From contig JACROO010000045.1 of the NCBI GenBank assembly GCA_016214355.1, forward strand, positions 1 to 32,179: a stretch of 32,179 bases of DNA. Reading direction: 5' to 3'. Position numbers and translations under genes: made by a program. The notes under the pieces are model-generated. The model did no database searches. It was not told where the DNA came from and saw only the letters and a list, made by a program, of their open reading frames with translations. Shown in pieces: positions 28,797 through 32,179 of the stretch (position 1 is its first letter; each line of letters starts with the position of its first letter). This stretch comes from Nitrospirota bacterium. Lineage in GTDB: Bacteria > Nitrospirota > Thermodesulfovibrionia > UBA6902 > DSMQ01.

Positions 28797-29387
28797 ATGA
28801 ACACAAGAACACAGGAACTCATGAATTTTTTTCAGAGCCATGGCGGGGTGGCCCGTTTTTCTACTGTTCTGAAGGCTGGATTTCATCCTGATTCGCTTAT
28901 TGCTCTTGAAAAAGAGGGGAAGGTTGAAAAGATTGCCCGGGGCCTTTACCGGGTGGCCAATTATACCCATGGTACACATCCGGATCTTGTTATTGCATCA
29001 CTTCAGGCACCCAGAGGCGTTATTTGTCTTCTTTCTGCTCTGTTTTTTTATGATGCAACAAGCGAGATCCCAAAGTATGTAGCCCTGGCTATTCCGCAAG
29101 GTAGTCATGCAAATAGAATTAAGTATCCACCGGTAAGATTTTGCCGTTTTGCGTCTAAAGCATGGAAAGCAGGGATTGAAGAGCATGAAATTGAAAGACA
29201 GTATAGCCTCGCTAAGACGATTGCCGATTGTTTTAAATTCCGTAATAAAATAGGTATGGATGTCGCCAGAGATGCCCTCAAGGTTGCTGTTACAGAAAAA
29301 AACATAACTCCAAAAGAAATTATGAAATACGCCAAAATTTGCCGTGTTGATAGCATTATAAAACCAATACTGGAAGCTATGATATGA
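28797..29387 (+). CDS. abiEi: Type IV TA antitoxin AbiEi family
   Basis: wHTH with KIARGLY, GVICLLSAL, KTIADCFKFRNKIG; ATGA overlap with the toxin gene. Confidence 0.92.
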   Translation: MNTRTQELMNFFQSHGGVARFSTVLKAGFHPDSLIALEKEGKVEKIARGLYRVANYTHGTHPDLVIASLQAPRGVICLLSALFFYDATSEIPKYVALAIPQGSHANRIKYPPVRFCRFASKAWKAGIEEHEIERQYSLAKTIADCFKFRNKIGMDVARDALKVAVTEKNITPKEIMKYAKICRVDSIIKPILEAMI

Positions 29388-30298
29388 AAAAGGATATTAA
29401 GAATATAAAAGCTTCTGTTCGCGCCCGTCTTCAAGATAAAGCGAAGGAAGCTGCTCAGCCATTTTCAGAAATTCTGCAATATTATGGGATGGAGAGATTC
29501 CTTTATAGGTTTAGCCGTTCTAAATATGCGGATAAATTTATCCTGAAAGGCGCGCTTATGTTTACAGTTTGGCAAGTTCCACAAAGACGGACAACGCTTG
29601 ATATAGATTTCTCAGCACGCTATGACAATCAGATAGCAACTATTGAGAAAGTAATCAAAGATGTATGTAAGGTTTCGGTGACTCCAGACGGGCTTGTTTT
29701 TGATTCGCAGACAGTAAAGGGACAGAAAATAAAAGAAGATGCTGATTACGAAGGCATACGTGTTAAATTTAGAGGTTTTTTAGAACGCTCACGTATCCCG
29801 ATGCAAATTGATATTGCTTTTGGCGATATCATCTATCCAAAACCTAAAGTTATTGATTATCCTGTTATTTTAGATTTTCCTAAACCCCATCTTAAAGGAT
29901 ATCCCGCAGAAAGTGTTGTTAGCGAAAAATTTGAAGCTATGGTTAAGTTAGGTCTTTTAAACAGTCGCATGAAGGATTTCTATGATATTTGGCTCATGAT
30001 GCGTCAGTTTGATTTTGATGGTCTAAAACTCGTTGAAGCTTTAAAAGGAACCTTTGAACATCGTAAAACTCCTTTGCCAGAGCATAAACCATTATTCGCT
30101 GAAGAAATTTACGATGAAAAATCCGATCGCCAAACATTATGGAAGGCTTTTCTAAAAAAGGGAGATATTAAATACGTACCAGAAAAGTTGCGCACAACAG
30201 CCACAGAGATAGAACAATTTCTTATTAACCCGCTTGATGCAATTTATAGAAGCCAAGAGTTTAGCAAAGAATGGAAATCCGCAGGACCGTGGAAATGA
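29384..30298 (+). CDS. abiEii: Type IV TA toxin, AbiEii/AbiGii nucleotidyltransferase
   Basis: ERFLYR, ILKGA, RTTLDIDF, QIDIAFGD, SEKFEA, NSRMKDFYD. Confidence 0.93.
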   Translation: MKKDIKNIKASVRARLQDKAKEAAQPFSEILQYYGMERFLYRFSRSKYADKFILKGALMFTVWQVPQRRTTLDIDFSARYDNQIATIEKVIKDVCKVSVTPDGLVFDSQTVKGQKIKEDADYEGIRVKFRGFLERSRIPMQIDIAFGDIIYPKPKVIDYPVILDFPKPHLKGYPAESVVSEKFEAMVKLGLLNSRMKDFYDIWLMMRQFDFDGLKLVEALKGTFEHRKTPLPEHKPLFAEEIYDEKSDRQTLWKAFLKKGDIKYVPEKLRTTATEIEQFLINPLDAIYRSQEFSKEWKSAGPWK

Positions 30299-30331
30299 GA
30301 AATGATGAAAGAAGAAGTATAGTATAAGATA

Positions 30332-30629
30332 ATGAAAACCGCCTTATACATAAGAGTATCCACCGAAGACCAAGCCAAAGAAGGCTATTCTCTTGAAGTC
30401 CAGAGGGAGCCCCTATAGATTCTTTCAGAATCTAAACACAGGGATAGATATATCTTGAGTCCTTTGCTGAAAGGGAAGGGCACCCCCATGGTTTTGATAC
30501 CCGTAGTTTTCCTTATGGAAAACATAGCACGGGTACAGGACAAAACAAAATATGGGGACGTATGAGATTTATAAAATCTATCAGGATGATGGGATAAGCG
30601 GCTATTCTACCGAACGTCCTGCTTTTTAA
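30332..30629 (+). pseudogene. Serine recombinase N-terminal relic split by two palindromic insertions
   Basis: MKTALYIRVSTEDQAKEGYSLEVQRE [41 bp] YLESFAEREG [80 bp] YEIYKIYQDDGISGYSTERPAF*. Confidence 0.88.
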
Positions 30630-31160
30630 TTAAAACCCTTGCTCAAATATTGTAAAATATCTGTTACCATGAGTTTTAAACGTAATGCTGTGTTTTTCGT
30701 ATATATCGTTAAATGTGCTAACGGAACATATTACACCGGTTACACAAATAATCTCGAGAACCGAATCAAACTACACAATAAAGGGGATGGCGCAAAGTAT
30801 TTAAAAGGAAAGTTGCCGGTCCAGTTGGTTTATGCTAAAGAATATAAATATTATAAAAATGCGTTGCATGCTGAGAGGAATTTAAAGAAGTTGACTAGGA
30901 AAGAGAAGGAGGTATTAATTTCGAACTATGAGCGCACAAATGGAAATTTATCCCTATAGATTCATTCTGAATCTATACATAGGGATTAGAAAAAAAGGTT
31001 GCCCCCGTAGTTTTGCTATTGCAAAACTGGACACGGGGACACCCATGTCTAAGTTTTCAGGTGGTATTTTATGAGATACTACTCCAGAATGTTTAGGTGC
31101 TCCCACAGATTTGCCGCTGCAAATCTAGGACGTGGGAGCAACCGTGTCCAGGTTTTGAGG
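30410..31160. repeat. Family of ~40-bp imperfect palindromes, about CCC-NTAG-WTTT-loop-AAAW-CT-NNACAC-GGG
   Basis: Copies at 30410-30450, 30481-30560 (nested pair), 30951-30986, 31002-31039 and 31100-31138; half copies at 31041-31060 and 31141-31160. Confidence 0.8.
30669..30959 (+). CDS. GIY-YIG nuclease (UPF0213/YhbQ-like)
   Basis: VYIVKC...YTGYTNNL..R...HN.G.GAKY, AE..LKKL.R..KE; the stop codon lies inside a repeat copy. Confidence 0.9.
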   Translation: MSFKRNAVFFVYIVKCANGTYYTGYTNNLENRIKLHNKGDGAKYLKGKLPVQLVYAKEYKYYKNALHAERNLKKLTRKEKEVLISNYERTNGNLSL

Positions 31161-31165
31161 AAAAT

Positions 31166-32179
31166 ATGAAATATTTTCTCAAAACCTACGGTTGTCAGAT
31201 GAATGTCCACGACTCTGAGAAGATTGCAGGTATTCTCTCGGAATCAGGATATAATGCGGCAGATTCTGTCACAGATGCTGATGTGATAGTTCTGAACACA
31301 TGCAGTGTGAGGCAAAAGGCAGAGCAGAAGTTTTTTAGTGAACTGGGAAGGCTGAAAGCAGAAAAAAAGAAAAATCCTGATTTAAAAATTGCTGTTGCCG
31401 GCTGTATTGCACAGCAAAGGGGCAGCGATATATTTGAACGTTTCCCTTATGTTGATTTTATTTTTGGTCCTCAGAATATTGATAGTCTTGAGAAGTGGAT
31501 ATCAGACAAACCACAGGCAATAGACGCCAGACAACAGACATCAGACTACGCAGTACGCGGTACGAGATACGCAGAACAGAATCCTATAAAAAGGGAAGGG
31601 CAGGTCAAGGCATGGGTAGCTATAATGCACGGTTGTAACAACTTTTGTTCGTACTGTGTTGTGCCTTATACCCGCGGCAGGGAAAAAAGCAGGCACAGCA
31701 TGGACATTCTTAATGAGATTAGGGAAATTGCAGTGCAGGGGTTTAAAGAGGTGGCACTTCTTGGGCAGAATGTTAATTCCTATGGCAAAAATCTTCCTGA
31801 AAACATAGACTTTCCAGATTTACTTAAAGTAATCCATGAGATAAATGACATACAAAGGATTAGATTTATCACCTCTCACCCTCGGGACCTTTCAGAAAAA
31901 CTGATAAAAACAATGCGTGACCTGCCTAAAGTATGTGAGCATATGCACCTGCCCATACAGGCAGGCTCTGACAAAATCTTATCACTTATGAACAGGGGGT
32001 ACTCATACATTCAGTACAAAGAGAAAATTGACATGCTCAGAACAGAAATCCCTGATATTGCTATAACAACAGATATAATCGTTGGTTTCCCCGGGGAGAC
32101 TGATGATGATTTTGAATGTACAGTTAACGCCTTGAAGGAGATAGAGTTTGACGGTATTTTTGCCTTTAAATATTCAAAA
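31166..32179 (+). CDS. miaB: tRNA (i6A37) methylthiotransferase MiaB, runs off the window end
   Basis: TYGCQMNVHDSE, NTCSVR, VAGCIAQ, radical SAM GCNNFCSYCVVPYTRG, LLGQNVNSY, TSHPRD, IIVGFPGET. It is absent from the ORF track because no stop falls in the window. Confidence 0.96.
   Translation, partial: MKYFLKTYGCQMNVHDSEKIAGILSESGYNAADSVTDADVIVLNTCSVRQKAEQKFFSELGRLKAEKKKNPDLKIAVAGCIAQQRGSDIFERFPYVDFIFGPQNIDSLEKWISDKPQAIDARQQTSDYAVRGTRYAEQNPIKREGQVKAWVAIMHGCNNFCSYCVVPYTRGREKSRHSMDILNEIREIAVQGFKEVALLGQNVNSYGKNLPENIDFPDLLKVIHEINDIQRIRFITSHPRDLSEKLIKTMRDLPKVCEHMHLPIQAGSDKILSLMNRGYSYIQYKEKIDMLRTEIPDIAITTDIIVGFPGETDDDFECTVNALKEIEFDGIFAFKYSK
31501..31574. repeat. In-frame degenerate heptamer repeats (AGACNNC n, TACGCAG n) in the MiaB interdomain linker
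   Basis: Encodes SDKPQAIDARQQTSDYAVRGTRYA. Confidence 0.75.

Larger units (their letters stand above)
28569..31194. mobile_element. Decayed serine-recombinase genomic island integrated in miaB
   Basis: Bounded by two MiaB N-termini sharing GGYTG; contains an AbiE TA pair, a recombinase relic and GIY-YIG. Confidence 0.72.

Noticed and set aside
30410-31160. Possible CRISPR array
   Set aside because: The repeats are divergent, irregularly spaced and nested, and no cas genes are present.

Overview
AT-rich bacterial chromosomal segment. The gene set and repeat style suggest an anaerobe such as Nitrospirota/Thermodesulfovibrionia; this is inference only. Housekeeping genes on + are lysC, cimA, an RseC-like gene, an EF-G paralogue, DUF948/YtxH, an acyl-CoA dehydratase activase-like protein, a LamG lipoprotein, smc, a GlcD-like oxidase, rplI, dnaB and amrB. 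A minus-strand cluster encodes a GHMP-kinase/UDP-sugar-pyrophosphorylase fusion, DUF362, an LsrF-like aldolase and a Zn dehydrogenase, followed by a PilZ gene. The main finding is a ~2.6 kb decayed island (AbiEi/AbiEii, serine-recombinase relic, GIY-YIG nuclease) apparently integrated inside the 5' end of miaB at the Gly-Cys codons. It strands the old N-terminus (MSKKFHIHTFG*) on the left and supplies a replacement start (MKYFLKTYG-CQMN) on the right. The window also carries several families of very short palindromic insertions (16 bp, ~40 bp, REP-like, heptamer hairpins) that nest in one another and sit in frame inside proteins. Three housekeeping lesions (cimA poly-T, EF-G deletion, activase/bS22-like junction) may be sequencing or assembly artefacts.
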